Made by a program: the position numbers and the translations under genes. From Nitrospinales bacterium (GTDB taxonomy: Bacteria; Nitrospinota; Nitrospinia; Nitrospinales; VA-1), in NCBI GenBank assembly GCA_965262115.1, contig OZ253496.1, positions 384,001 through 448,000 on the forward strand: 64,000 nucleotides of DNA, given 5' to 3'. The notes below the pieces were generated by a model. It ran no database searches. It saw only the letters and a list, made by a program, of their open reading frames with translations, and was not told where the DNA came from. Position 1 is the first letter of the stretch. Each line of letters opens with the position of its first letter. Below are positions 1 to 9,433 of this stretch, piece by piece.

Positions 1-60
1 ACCCATGTATTGCACCAGGTTATAGGTGAACGAATCATAATTGTCGATCATAAGAATCAT
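1..60 (-). CDS. trpG: Anthranilate/aminodeoxychorismate synthase component II, 5' part (runs off window edge)
   Basis: Reverse complement reads MILMIDNYDSFTYNLVQYMG, the TrpG/PabA N-terminus; ATGA overlap with trpE stop. Confidence 0.9.
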   Translation of the reverse strand, partial: MILMIDNYDSFTYNLVQYMG

Positions 61-1544
61 ACCACCCATCCCTTCTCAGCCAACTCTATGGCTTTCAACA
101 AAGCCCGCCCTTTGTTCATGGTCTCTTCAAATTCACTTTGTGGAACCGAGTCGGCAACAATCCCGCCACCCACTCCAAGATACGCCGTTTTCCCTTTAAT
201 CAACAAAGTCCTGATGGCTATTGCGGTATCCATATTTCCGTTGAAACTGATATAGCCGACTGCCCCACCATAAAGTCCGCGCAGGGTCGGTTCCAACTCA
301 TCAATGATTTCCATGGCCCTTATCTTTGGAGCCCCGGAAAGAGTTCCAGCGGGGAACGCCGCTTCCAGAACATCAAAACAGTCCAAGCCCTTTTTCAGGA
401 TTCCCTTCACATTAGAAACAATATGCATGACGTGGGAGTAGCGCTCGATAGTGAACCGCTCATCCACTTCCACCGTATTGATTTCAGCCACCCTTCCGAT
501 ATCGTTCCTGCCCAGATCGACCAGCATGATGTGTTCTGCCAGTTCTTTTTCATCGCTTAACAAGTCCTGCTCCAGTTCTAAATCTTCTTCCTCGTTTCTC
601 CCCCTTTTGCGGGTTCCAGCTATCGGTCGGACCTCTACCTTGTCATCCTCCAACCGCACTAAGACTTCCGGTGAAGACCCGACCACCTGAAGCTCGCCGA
701 ATTTCAGATAATACATGTAAGGAGAAGGGTTTATGGTTCGCAGAGCCCTGTATATATCAAACGGATCGCGGTTAATGGAAAACTTCAACCGCTGGGAAAA
801 CACCACCTGAATGACATCTCCCTCCTGAATATATTGTTTGATCCTAGTCACCGCCTGTTTGTGTTCTTCCTCTTTCATATTAGAGTCAAAACTCAATGGC
901 GAATCCTCTTCCGCATCAGGCGCTGATCCTCTGGCAAGAGGTGTTTTTAATTTTTCTTCCAGGGCAGAAATTTTTCGGATTGTGTTTTCATACACCGCAG
1001 TCAGATCATCACCCTCGACAAATGCGTTGGATACAATTTTAATGGTTTGTGAAACATTATCGAATACCAGCATTGTATCGGTGATGACAAACTGCGAGTC
1101 CGGGACATCGAGGTCATCCACCGTTTGTTCGGGGAGGTCCTCAAAAAATCGGACCATATCATAGCTGACAAACCCCACCGCTCCGCCTGAAAACCGGGGT
1201 AGTCCGGCAGAGGGCACGGGCTGGTAACGGGCCATGATTTCCTTCACCGCTGAAAGAGGACTTCCTGATTTAATCTCCCGCTGTTCCTGCTTGCCATTTT
1301 CGATTAAAGTCAAATTTCGGCCCTTGGTGCTGACCACCATCGATGGATCACAACCCAGGAAACAATAACGAGCCCATTTTTCTCCCCCTTCAATGCTTTC
1401 CAGTAGAAAAGAATATTCCCCTCCGCTGATTTTCATATAAGCGGATACCGGAGTATCGAGATCGGCCAGAATTTCCTTATAAACAGGAATCAGGTTTCCC
1501 GATTTAGCTTTCTGTTTGAACTCTTCTAAAGAAGGTTTGAACAT
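57..1544 (-). CDS. trpE: Anthranilate synthase component I
   Basis: LLESIEGG, NPSPYMYY, SSPE, PIAGT, EHIMLVDLGRND, FPAGTLSGAPK motifs. Confidence 0.95.
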   Translation of the reverse strand: MFKPSLEEFKQKAKSGNLIPVYKEILADLDTPVSAYMKISGGEYSFLLESIEGGEKWARYCFLGCDPSMVVSTKGRNLTLIENGKQEQREIKSGSPLSAVKEIMARYQPVPSAGLPRFSGGAVGFVSYDMVRFFEDLPEQTVDDLDVPDSQFVITDTMLVFDNVSQTIKIVSNAFVEGDDLTAVYENTIRKISALEEKLKTPLARGSAPDAEEDSPLSFDSNMKEEEHKQAVTRIKQYIQEGDVIQVVFSQRLKFSINRDPFDIYRALRTINPSPYMYYLKFGELQVVGSSPEVLVRLEDDKVEVRPIAGTRKRGRNEEEDLELEQDLLSDEKELAEHIMLVDLGRNDIGRVAEINTVEVDERFTIERYSHVMHIVSNVKGILKKGLDCFDVLEAAFPAGTLSGAPKIRAMEIIDELEPTLRGLYGGAVGYISFNGNMDTAIAIRTLLIKGKTAYLGVGGGIVADSVPQSEFEETMNKGRALLKAIELAEKGWVV

Positions 1545-1570
1545 AACGATTTATAAAACTCATCCTTATC

Positions 1571-1599
1571 AAAAATAAAAAAGCACAGGAAACCTGTGC
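1571..1599 (-). terminator. Intrinsic terminator/attenuator-like hairpin just upstream of trpE
   Basis: Minus strand GCACAGG-TTT-CCTGTGC followed by TTTTTTATTTTT. Confidence 0.65.
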
Positions 1600-1656
1600 C
1601 ATTGCGACCCCATTATCCTTGCCCTGTAACAGATGGGTTAGAAAAATCAATAGATA

Positions 1657-2574
1657 TTAATGTTCAAATAGATCAGATTGTTTATTAGTATCGTCTTTGC
1701 CATATAATTCTTTCAAACGTAATTCAAAATTTTTCAATGATGTTTCATGGTTTTTTAAAAACCACGCTCTATGGTTTTGAACATATTCATCCCTTACCTT
1801 AGGTTTTCTTAAGTCCAATGGAACTCTTTCCATCCTAGGATCAATACTGTCAAAACCAAGGAACGGCTCCTTAAGTCTATTCTCGGCAATCTCTACATAT
1901 TCGGGGTTTAACTCAAAACCAATAACATCTCTATTCCATTGTTGGCAAACTCTTGCCGTTGTTCCACTTCCCAAAAAAGGATCTAAAATCAAACTACCTT
2001 CATCGGACGATGCCAATACCATTCTTTCAATTAACCCTTCTGGTTTTTGAGTAGGATGATTTTTCCTGTTTTCGTTACAGTAATGAACATGTGAAAACTC
2101 CCAAACATCACCCGGATTAGCCCCACGCATATTATTTCTTTCTCTAAAATATTTTTGAGGAATACGAACATCATCCAAATTAAAAATATATTCCTTACTT
2201 TTATTAAACATTAAAATATCGTCATGTCTTGGAGAAAAACCCCTTGTTTTTCCCATTCCTTGAGTATAATTCCAACAAATCCAACTATTAAAAAAGAGGC
2301 CTAATTCCCTGTCTAAAATATCAAACAAATAGGAAACAAATCTAACTCCCATAAAAACATAGATTGTTCCATTTTCTTTAAGAACTCTATGAGATTCTGA
2401 CAACCATTTTCCTGAAAACTCAAGATACTCATCAAAACCTTTAATATCATGGTTATTTCCGTAGTTCTTCCCAAGGTTATAGGGAGGATCAGCGATTACA
2501 ACATTAACAGAACTATCTTCAATCGACCGAAAAAGTTCTATTGCATCACCTTGTAAAATTTTAATGTTTTTCAT
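1657..2574 (-). CDS. Beta-class N6A/N4C DNA methyltransferase (M.HpaI-like)
   Basis: DPPY (motif IV) precedes HPTQKP and DPFLGSGTT (motif I); ATGA overlap with upstream nuclease; AT-rich. Confidence 0.92.
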   Translation of the reverse strand: MKNIKILQGDAIELFRSIEDSSVNVVIADPPYNLGKNYGNNHDIKGFDEYLEFSGKWLSESHRVLKENGTIYVFMGVRFVSYLFDILDRELGLFFNSWICWNYTQGMGKTRGFSPRHDDILMFNKSKEYIFNLDDVRIPQKYFRERNNMRGANPGDVWEFSHVHYCNENRKNHPTQKPEGLIERMVLASSDEGSLILDPFLGSGTTARVCQQWNRDVIGFELNPEYVEIAENRLKEPFLGFDSIDPRMERVPLDLRKPKVRDEYVQNHRAWFLKNHETSLKNFELRLKELYGKDDTNKQSDLFEH

Positions 2575-3350
2575 TCTTTTAACCACTCGTTTTGCTTAGC
2601 ATAATCAAGCCACCCTTCAAATCCCTTTTTAGAACTAATACATTTCGAATCCAATAATTGGCAGAATTCCCAGACATTTCGATACTCTATCGAGACATAA
2701 TGAATATCTCTTATTTGAATTTGTCCAGTACCTAAAGCTGGGTTGTAACTAATATCGCTTGTGGACAAATACTTTAAGTCGTAAACATTATGATCAACAA
2801 TCTCCATAACACCCATGATTAATTTAGACTCATTATCTCTTTTACTAAAAACTTTATGTTTAATTGAAAGAATTAAGAATATGTAATCAGAATCTTGTAT
2901 ATACATGGATCTTATTCGAGAAAATGAGGCAATGTTTGGAGATTTACCACTATTTTTAATATCTTGGCTAGTTGCCTTAACATCGACAAATCCAGTTACA
3001 GAACTTTGATTTTTCCTTTCTCTTCTAAACTGTAATATTACATCGGCCATATCTAACCGCTCACCAGCTTCAACATTAATCAGAAGATATTCATTGTTCT
3101 CATCCTCCAAAACATCCAAAAATGTTTCATGAGCCCAGGCTTCCACAAAAGGACCTGCAATCTTGTTAACATTTTCCATCGGAATTCCAAATCTCAAGCT
3201 GGTATTAATCTGGATCTTGTTTCTACCCTTATCTATGGCATCTTTAATTATATTGGATACGGATGAAATTACAAAATCCGAACATTCCCGATAATCACCT
3301 GATTCCGTTGGTACCTTAAAATTTAAGGACTCATAATCCACTGTAGTCAT
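2571..3350 (-). CDS. Type II restriction endonuclease, HpaI/HincII-like (predicted GTTAAC)
   Basis: D...DVK catalytic motif; SGKSPNI and YNPALGTGQIQI segments recalled from R.HpaI; coupled to an MTase. Confidence 0.8.
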   Translation of the reverse strand: MTTVDYESLNFKVPTESGDYRECSDFVISSVSNIIKDAIDKGRNKIQINTSLRFGIPMENVNKIAGPFVEAWAHETFLDVLEDENNEYLLINVEAGERLDMADVILQFRRERKNQSSVTGFVDVKATSQDIKNSGKSPNIASFSRIRSMYIQDSDYIFLILSIKHKVFSKRDNESKLIMGVMEIVDHNVYDLKYLSTSDISYNPALGTGQIQIRDIHYVSIEYRNVWEFCQLLDSKCISSKKGFEGWLDYAKQNEWLKE

Positions 3351-3616
3351 TCAACTCTCCAAGCATGAATAATATCTTTTACTTCCTTTTCATATTCAGT
3401 AAGGGGGATTTCGATTAATTTTTTTTGTCCAAAATAATTATATGCTTTGGATCCTCCCTCAAATTTAAATAAAATAAAGTAACGTTGTTGACCTTGCCCA
3501 GGTAGAGGTCTAGGTGATAAAAATTTTTCGCTTTTTGTTTTTTTGGATTCAAATTGAGTCATATGTTTTTTAACAGTAACTCTATTTGTCGTGATTTTTC
3601 CGTATATAAATCCCAT
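3347..3616 (-). CDS. Small basic hypothetical protein coupled to the R-M genes
   Basis: 89-aa ORF with GAGGT RBS and ATGA overlap with the nuclease start. Confidence 0.6.
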   Translation of the reverse strand: MGFIYGKITTNRVTVKKHMTQFESKKTKSEKFLSPRPLPGQGQQRYFILFKFEGGSKAYNYFGQKKLIEIPLTEYEKEVKDIIHAWRVE

Positions 3617-3843
3617 TTCAACCTACCTCTACAAATGATATTTAATTTCTGCCGAAACATTCATTTTCCAGCTTGTTTCAAAAAGAGTAGATTATAGATG
3701 AATAAAAAGTAACTATCGCTAACTAATTGAAATAGTATATAACAAATTTCCTTAGGCTAAAGACCCCAATAATGAAGGGGGCGAGTCTTTGCTTAACTAC
3801 AGGTTGTTAGGGAATATTGGTGAAGCCTGGAACCGAAGGGTAA

Positions 3844-4674
3844 TCAGCCTTCTACAGCTTTCCAGTCTTCACCGTTCCAGTGCAGGATCAGCCCATTATC
3901 TCCAACGGCATAGATATTTTCATCACTACTGCCCCAGATGGCGGTGAGATATTCCTTGGTGTTCGATTCTATCCGGGTCCATTCATTGTCATCAAGATAA
4001 AGGATCATCCCCTCATCCCCAATCGCAAACACCATTTCCCGGGAGGGACCCCAGACATCGAGAAAAAATTCCAGGGTCTGGGAAGGCATTTCGGTGAACT
4101 CAACGCCGTTGTATTTGAAAATGGCGCCATCAGACCCAACCATATAAATCTCATCAGGACCGAACCCATAAACGCCGTAAAACTCGGCATTCGAGTTAAA
4201 AGTTTGGCGGATCCAACGTTCTCCATCCTGCTTGAGCACCAGGCCATCGTAACCCACGGCCAGCATGCCGCCTTCTTTGCAGCCCCATAACCGAGTCACG
4301 TCAGTATCGGTTCCCGTCTGGGCAAACTTCCAGGAACTTCCATCGTAGCGAAGGATTTTACCCAATCTGGAGCAGGCATAGATTTCATCCGGGCCAAGAC
4401 CAAAAATCCCGGTCATGGGCGGAAGTTTTTCCGTATCCTCAGGCGACCAGGTTTTACCGTCATAGTGCAAGATTCTGCCATCGGTCACCACTGCAAAAAC
4501 ATTATCCGGCGCACTGCCCCAGATATTCTTGAAAGTCCAACGCCCCCCTGTTTCCATGGTCGACCATTGACTGCCATCATAATGCAGCAGGGTGCCCTCG
4601 GCACCTCCGACAAAAATATCGTTTTCGCTGAATCCAAAAATGGATAAAAGGTGGCTGGAGGTCAAAGCAGACAT
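3844..4674 (-). CDS. WG-repeat beta-propeller-like protein
   Basis: About 7 repeats of ~39 aa (IWG..xAVG..G..L.YDG..W); no signal peptide. Confidence 0.8.
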   Translation of the reverse strand: MSALTSSHLLSIFGFSENDIFVGGAEGTLLHYDGSQWSTMETGGRWTFKNIWGSAPDNVFAVVTDGRILHYDGKTWSPEDTEKLPPMTGIFGLGPDEIYACSRLGKILRYDGSSWKFAQTGTDTDVTRLWGCKEGGMLAVGYDGLVLKQDGERWIRQTFNSNAEFYGVYGFGPDEIYMVGSDGAIFKYNGVEFTEMPSQTLEFFLDVWGPSREMVFAIGDEGMILYLDDNEWTRIESNTKEYLTAIWGSSDENIYAVGDNGLILHWNGEDWKAVEG

Positions 4675-4720
4675 AATTGCTCCCCAAGGTTATCGCTGTT
4701 TTCTAAATGGTGTTTAGCAA

Positions 4721-5557
4721 TCATAACGACATATCGCTCCATTCCTTGCCATCATATTTAATCACCGTTCCGTTTTCACCTGCCACATATACCTGATCCG
4801 GCCCAAGCCCTTTGACTTTTGTAAAGTACTCATCCTTGAGCGGCTCAATGGGAGACCATTTTTTGCCATCGTAATGAAGCATGGCCGCGTTATCCCCGAC
4901 CACATAGATATTCTCCGCCGAAGTTCCCCAGATACTCAAGAGGTATTCTTTGGTCCCCGACTGCATCGGTTTCCAGTCCGTTCCGTCAAAATGCAAAATC
5001 GTCCCGTGGGAACCGCAAATATAAATATTGTCATTGCGAGTGCCCCAGATACCGAAGAGAGAAACTTCTTCATCTGTCAAATCTTCACGACGATGAAATT
5101 CTTTGCCATCATAAAACCGATAAACCCCTTCACCGCCTACCGCGTGAATATGTTGCATATCTTCGCCCCACATGCCGAACAAGTCATGAATAGTGTTGGG
5201 TTCGCGGTAGTCCCATTTCTCGCCATTCCAATACAGCATCCGGCCGCCAACTCCATAAAGGAAAACGTTGTTTTCATCCAAGCCGTAGACGGAGTTGAGC
5301 GAGTCGTAACTCCCTGTATCCACCTGCTTCCATCCCTTACCATTATATTGAAGGACAACCCCTCCGATACCCACGGCATACACACATTGTTCATGCGGTC
5401 CCCAAATACCCATCAGTGGATTGGTATTCTCGGTACGAACGGGCAACCACTCCTGTCCATCCCAGTGCTGGGGGATGCCATCCTTCCCCACGACATAAAT
5501 ATAGTCCTCCCGGAAAGGCATGATATCGAGTAGATCTGGTTTTTCACCTGTAAACAT
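4721..5557 (-). CDS. WG-repeat beta-propeller-like protein (paralog)
   Basis: Same ~39-aa repeat about 7 times; no signal peptide. Confidence 0.8.
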   Translation of the reverse strand: MFTGEKPDLLDIMPFREDYIYVVGKDGIPQHWDGQEWLPVRTENTNPLMGIWGPHEQCVYAVGIGGVVLQYNGKGWKQVDTGSYDSLNSVYGLDENNVFLYGVGGRMLYWNGEKWDYREPNTIHDLFGMWGEDMQHIHAVGGEGVYRFYDGKEFHRREDLTDEEVSLFGIWGTRNDNIYICGSHGTILHFDGTDWKPMQSGTKEYLLSIWGTSAENIYVVGDNAAMLHYDGKKWSPIEPLKDEYFTKVKGLGPDQVYVAGENGTVIKYDGKEWSDMSL

Positions 5558-5635
5558 ATTATGAGTCCGCTATTAAAAGGGAAAATGCCATTTTATAATT
5601 ATTATTCACCTACCCGAAAAGAATAAAGGCCATCC

Positions 5636-5675
5636 AAAAACAGAAGGGGCTCCCGGTTCGAAATCCGGGAACCCC
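5636..5675 (-). terminator. Intrinsic terminator after LRR gene
   Basis: GGGGTTCCCGG-loop-CCGGGAGCCCC then TTCTGTTTTT on minus strand. Confidence 0.6.
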
Positions 5676-5698
5676 TGATTCATCAAACCAGCGCCGAA

Positions 5699-6607
5699 TT
5701 ATTCCTCGGCTTTAGCTTTATAAAAATAAACATCCTTCAACTTCGGGAAATTTTTATTATCCTTGAATAAGGCCTGCACCCCGTCCCCAACATCATTGTG
5801 GATCAAGACCAGTGTTTGCAGGTTGGGAAGACACGTCGATTGGGCCAGGGCTCTGGCACCCATATCTCCCACCTCCGCCTCATACAAATCTATCAAAGTG
5901 AGTTCTCTAAAATTGGCAGAACCTGCAATAGCCTCAGCACCTCGGAGACCAATAGGATTAAAAGTCAGTGTCAATTGGGTCAAGTTGCTCAAAGTCTCTG
6001 ATCCCGCAAGTGCCTCCACGCCTTCACCCTCAATGAAGTTCCAATTCAGATTTAATTCCGTCAGATTGCTCAAGTTTTTAGAATTGGCAATCGCAAGCGC
6101 GCCTTCATTTCCTATATTGTTCCGATATAAAGAAAGCTGCGTAATATGGGTTAGGGTTTCAGAAGTAGCCAGAGCTTCGACACCTTCATCGCCAATCTTG
6201 TCGCCCAACCATAAGGAAACCAGACTCCCCAGAATATTAGAGCTCGCCACCGCTTTAGCACCTTCAACACCAACTTCATTATCAGCCAATATCAACTCAG
6301 AAAGGTTGAGCATGTTTTTGGACTTGGTCAACGCCTGGACACTTTCGTCAGTCGCCTTATTTTTAAACAGGTTCAAAGCGGTCAAAAACTTCAATTTATC
6401 GCAGTCCACCAAAGCCTTGATACCTTCATCGCCGATTTCGTTAAACTCCAGAAACAGTGCCGTGATTCCTTTAACCTTGTCCGATTCCAGGATTTTTATC
6501 AAATCCTCATCATCCAGTTCCTTTTCCCTCAAATCCAGTTCACTTTTATCTTCACTCAGTCCATGGTCAATGAGGCTATCAATATCCTTGACTTCTTTTT
6601 CAGCCAT
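5699..6607 (-). CDS. Leucine-rich repeat protein (RI/GALA-like, 28-aa LRRs)
   Basis: LxxLxLxxNxIGxEGAxALA repeats about 9 times; start could be 6622. Confidence 0.9.
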   Translation of the reverse strand: MAEKEVKDIDSLIDHGLSEDKSELDLREKELDDEDLIKILESDKVKGITALFLEFNEIGDEGIKALVDCDKLKFLTALNLFKNKATDESVQALTKSKNMLNLSELILADNEVGVEGAKAVASSNILGSLVSLWLGDKIGDEGVEALATSETLTHITQLSLYRNNIGNEGALAIANSKNLSNLTELNLNWNFIEGEGVEALAGSETLSNLTQLTLTFNPIGLRGAEAIAGSANFRELTLIDLYEAEVGDMGARALAQSTCLPNLQTLVLIHNDVGDGVQALFKDNKNFPKLKDVYFYKAKAEE

Positions 6608-6747
6608 CCGTACGCGCTCCACAATAAAAACAATATTTTGGGGAATATGAGTAGTCCGCTATTCTAAGGCAGTATCCGCACTTGTAAAGCTTAAAATCCG
6701 ACTTTTGCTCATCATTGGCCAAATTTTACATTATTTGCGGAGCACCT

Positions 6748-6909
6748 CCACTGGGCGGGTCACGCCCGGTGGCTGCTCGCCGCAGGGGCAACTGGCAAAA
6801 GCTCGTCAGGCCGAGACAACTTTTTCTTGCCAAATAACGCTATTGCACACTGGCAGCATGTTATGACCCCTCATTAGTCTTCATGCCCCGAAAGGGGTAC
6901 GCCGAGTGG
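6748..6909. repeat. Interspersed repeat family A, copy 1 (contains element B1)
   Basis: About 100 bp nearly identical to 12681-12780. Confidence 0.85.
6859..6899 (+). mobile_element. Micro-element B, copy 1
   Basis: tgttatga...cttcatgccccgaaaggggta inserted in repeat A. Confidence 0.7.
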
Positions 6910-7023
6910 AAGATTAAAAAAAATTAATTTCATTCTTCTGAAATTTGGACTACATTTTCAAAGTTCGAACAATCTTCGCAGTTCCTCGTGATAATCAACT
7001 CAACTTTGCCAAAGGTTTTTCTG

Positions 7024-8016
7024 ATGGTACAAAAGATCGATGAAATAACGGAACATGTCAATCAGGCCAGCGTATTTATCCCCTCCCTTTTGCATGAGTT
7101 GGAGCAAATCATGGTCGGGCAAAAATATCTGACCGAGCGGTTGATACTGGGACTGCTGACCGGAGAACATGTTCTGGTCGAAGGGGTGCCGGGGCTGGCC
7201 AAGACCACGGCGGTGAAAACCCTGGCCCAATCGGTGAAGGCCGATTTCAAGCGCATCCAGTTCACCCCCGATTTGTTACCAGCCGATTTACTGGGAACCC
7301 AGGTGTACCAGCCCAAAACCGGCGAGTTTGATATTAAAAAAGGACCTCTTTTCGCCAACATCATTCTCGCGGATGAAATCAACCGGGCTCCGGCCAAGGT
7401 TCAAAGCGCCCTGCTCGAAGCCATGCAGGAAAGGCAGATCACCATTGCTGGCACAACTTTCAAGCTCGAAGAACCTTTCATGGTGATTGCCACCCAAAAT
7501 CCTATTGAGCAGGAGGGCACCTATCCTCTTCCCGAAGCCCAGGTGGACCGGTTCATGTTGAAACTCCATATCGATTACCCCACCCAGGAAGAGGAAAAGC
7601 TTATCATGCAACGGATGTCCACCTGCAATAACGCTTATCAGGTTAAGCAGGTGGTGTCGCCTGCGGAAATTTTGCAGGCCCGAAAAGTGTTTGACGAAAT
7701 ATATATCGATGAAAACCTGCAGGACTATATCATCGACCTCGTTGCAGCGACACGCGACCCGGAAAACCATCAATTGTCTTCCCTGAAAGGAATGATCCAG
7801 TTTGGTGCTTCCCCTAGGGCATCCATCTTTTTAAACCGGGCCGCGAAAGCCTATGCCTTTTTGCAACGCCGAGGGTATGTCGTTCCGCATGACATTAAAA
7901 GTATCGGAATGGATGTGCTCAGGCACCGAATCATCCTTACATATGAAGCCGAGGCCGAGAATGTGACGGCGGATGATATTATCAAGAAAATATTCGACAC
8001 CCTGGAAGTTCCCTAA
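7024..8016 (+). CDS. moxR: MoxR-family AAA+ ATPase
   Basis: GVPGLAKT, RIQFTPDLLPAD, ADEINRAPAKVQSALLEAM, ATQNPIEQEGTYPLPEAQ. Confidence 0.95.
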   Translation: MVQKIDEITEHVNQASVFIPSLLHELEQIMVGQKYLTERLILGLLTGEHVLVEGVPGLAKTTAVKTLAQSVKADFKRIQFTPDLLPADLLGTQVYQPKTGEFDIKKGPLFANIILADEINRAPAKVQSALLEAMQERQITIAGTTFKLEEPFMVIATQNPIEQEGTYPLPEAQVDRFMLKLHIDYPTQEEEKLIMQRMSTCNNAYQVKQVVSPAEILQARKVFDEIYIDENLQDYIIDLVAATRDPENHQLSSLKGMIQFGASPRASIFLNRAAKAYAFLQRRGYVVPHDIKSIGMDVLRHRIILTYEAEAENVTADDIIKKIFDTLEVP

Positions 8017-8018
8017 TC

Positions 8019-8966
8019 ATGCTTAAAACCCTGACTCATACAATTCGGGATTGGTTTCAGGAACCAGACCTTGCGCCTGAGCCGGATAAAGACCTGTCCC
8101 CGGAATTATTGCAACGCATCAAAGCCATTCAGGTGAAGACCAATTATCTGGTCAATGACATCATGGCGGGGGAATATGTCTCTGCATTTAAAGGGCGGGG
8201 AATGGAGTTCAGCGAGGTGCGGGAATATCAGCCCGGTGACGATGTCCGGCTGATCGACTGGAACGTGACCGCCAGAATGAATCAACCCTTCATTAAAGAG
8301 TTCAAGGAAGAACGGGAGTTGACCCTCATGCTTCTGGTTGATGTGAGTTCTTCGGGCGGATTCGGCTCAGCCAAGAAACTTAAAAACGAAGTTTCTGCCG
8401 AGATTGCTTCTATTCTCGCTTTCGCCGCCATCAAAAACAACGACAAGATCGGACTGGTCGTGTTCTCGGACAAAATCGAGCGCACGATACCGCCCAAAAA
8501 AGGCAAAGCCCATATCTGGAATATCATACGAACCATTCTGAATTTCCAACCGGAAGGAAAAGGCACAAACCTCTGCCTGCCATTGGAATATCTTTTAAAT
8601 ATCCAGAAACGAAAAACCACCGCTTTTTTGATTTCTGATTTCCAGGATGACGACTATGAGACAACATTAAAACTGGCAAAACAAAAACATGATCTGGTCG
8701 CCATCAGCATCACCGATCCACGCGAGGAAACCATTCCTGATGTCGGCTTGATCCAGCTTGAAGATGCAGAGTCTGGAGAAACCTTGCTGGTGGATACCAG
8801 TGATCAAGAGATGACCGAGCAATACGCCAAACAGTTCCAGGAAAAAATGGGGAAACGAAAAAATTATTTTCATTCCATAGGTATCGACACCATCGAAATT
8901 CAGACAAACCGGTCTTTGACCGAACCCATCATCCGCTATTTTAAAATGCGAGAGAAGAAACATTAA
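8019..8966 (+). CDS. DUF58 / vWA-associated protein
   Basis: GMEFSEVREYQPGDDVRLIDWNVTAR. Confidence 0.92.
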   Translation: MLKTLTHTIRDWFQEPDLAPEPDKDLSPELLQRIKAIQVKTNYLVNDIMAGEYVSAFKGRGMEFSEVREYQPGDDVRLIDWNVTARMNQPFIKEFKEERELTLMLLVDVSSSGGFGSAKKLKNEVSAEIASILAFAAIKNNDKIGLVVFSDKIERTIPPKKGKAHIWNIIRTILNFQPEGKGTNLCLPLEYLLNIQKRKTTAFLISDFQDDDYETTLKLAKQKHDLVAISITDPREETIPDVGLIQLEDAESGETLLVDTSDQEMTEQYAKQFQEKMGKRKNYFHSIGIDTIEIQTNRSLTEPIIRYFKMREKKH

Positions 8967-9433
8967 TGACAAACCAAAATCCTGAAATAATCCCGACCGA
9001 AGGGGTCAGCAAAAAGCTAAAAGCCGTTGTCATAATTCTTACAGTAGCCACCCTTATTGCTTTTGTGGCGTTATTCACCAAGCTTGCAGACAAGCAGAGT
9101 GGCCCAACAAAAATCCGATCGACTATCCAAGAACCCGACCAGTATTTGAGCGAGGAGTATAAAGAGGTTGGAACACGCCTGATGAATTCCGGTTTGAAAG
9201 AACAGGCCATCGACCAGTTCATAAAAGTCTGGGAGATACAAAAAACCGGGAGCGTGGAAAGGGCAAAAGCCGCCCAGGCAGTCAGCGGTTTATATGCAGA
9301 CCTTGGAAATTGCCAGGAAGCCCTTATATGGCTGTTTCGGGCTGAGGTTTCGGATGAAGGCAAAACCCTGCCTTTGCAACCGCTCATCGACTCGTGCCTT
9401 GCAAAAGTCAGGAGTATTCATTCCGGCCGATGA
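8966..9433 (+). CDS. Membrane-anchored TPR-like hypothetical protein
   Basis: N-terminal TM, helical repeats, overlapping stop/start within the operon. Confidence 0.65.
   Translation: MTNQNPEIIPTEGVSKKLKAVVIILTVATLIAFVALFTKLADKQSGPTKIRSTIQEPDQYLSEEYKEVGTRLMNSGLKEQAIDQFIKVWEIQKTGSVERAKAAQAVSGLYADLGNCQEALIWLFRAEVSDEGKTLPLQPLIDSCLAKVRSIHSGR

Noticed and set aside
1625..3812. TAAC..GTTA motifs flanking the R-M module as recombinase sites
   Set aside because: Too short, with unequal spacers and no attC stems; expected by chance in AT-rich DNA.
5763..6650. Long antisense ORFs (also 4874-5533, 25001-25501, 39374-39931 and similar)
   Set aside because: Shadows of well-supported genes on the opposite strand.
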